This document shows positions 63,995 to 64,000 of a DNA stretch of 64,000 nucleotides, in pieces. The number at the start of each line of letters is the position of its first letter. Within the stretch, counting starts at the first letter, position 1. The notes beneath the pieces are model-generated. The model had not been told where the DNA came from and ran no database searches. It worked only from the letters and a program-made list of their open reading frames with translations. Made by a program: the position numbers and the translations under genes. Source of the stretch: an uncultured Candidatus Saccharibacteria bacterium (lineage in GTDB: Bacteria; Patescibacteriota; Minisyncoccia; Phycocordibacterales; JACOZG01); assembly GCA_964399075.1 (NCBI GenBank), contig CAYNPK010000003.1:6306-70305 (forward strand), in the 5' to 3' direction.

Positions 63995-64000
63995 TTCATT

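Overview
Origin-proximal 64 kb of a small, AT-rich bacterial genome. Gene content and style point to Patescibacteria/CPR (Parcubacteria-like): compact genes, many apparently leaderless, a short PolA and S15, and tRNAs mostly without encoded CCA. This taxonomic call is inference. The backbone is housekeeping: rny, HU, cca, xer, rpsO, comM, pcrA, rsmA, yidC-rnpA-rpmH-dnaA-oriC-dnaN, PBP1A, ruvC-yebC-ruvB, pilB, tsaE, polA, udg, xth, holA, mutM and murE, plus six tRNAs. A relaxase-free T4SS-like cluster (VirB6-like, PrgI, VirB4, pilin) sits next to oriC. Points of interest: (1) a four-helix-bundle gene bracketed by inverted 7-nt-periodic TAG arrays, including a telomere-like (ATTAGGG)5, with a related array inside murE; (2) a GC-rich, hairpin-punctuated island carrying an orphan Csx3/Crn3 ring nuclease, its partner P-loop NTPase and an array of Tyr/Trp-rich secreted peptides; (3) a 6S-like RNA; (4) a Xer-like palindrome centred on the -10 box of a short transcript; (5) SD-led orphan transcription units sharing a +1 motif. 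All calls were made by eye from the sequence and ORF track; no searches were run.
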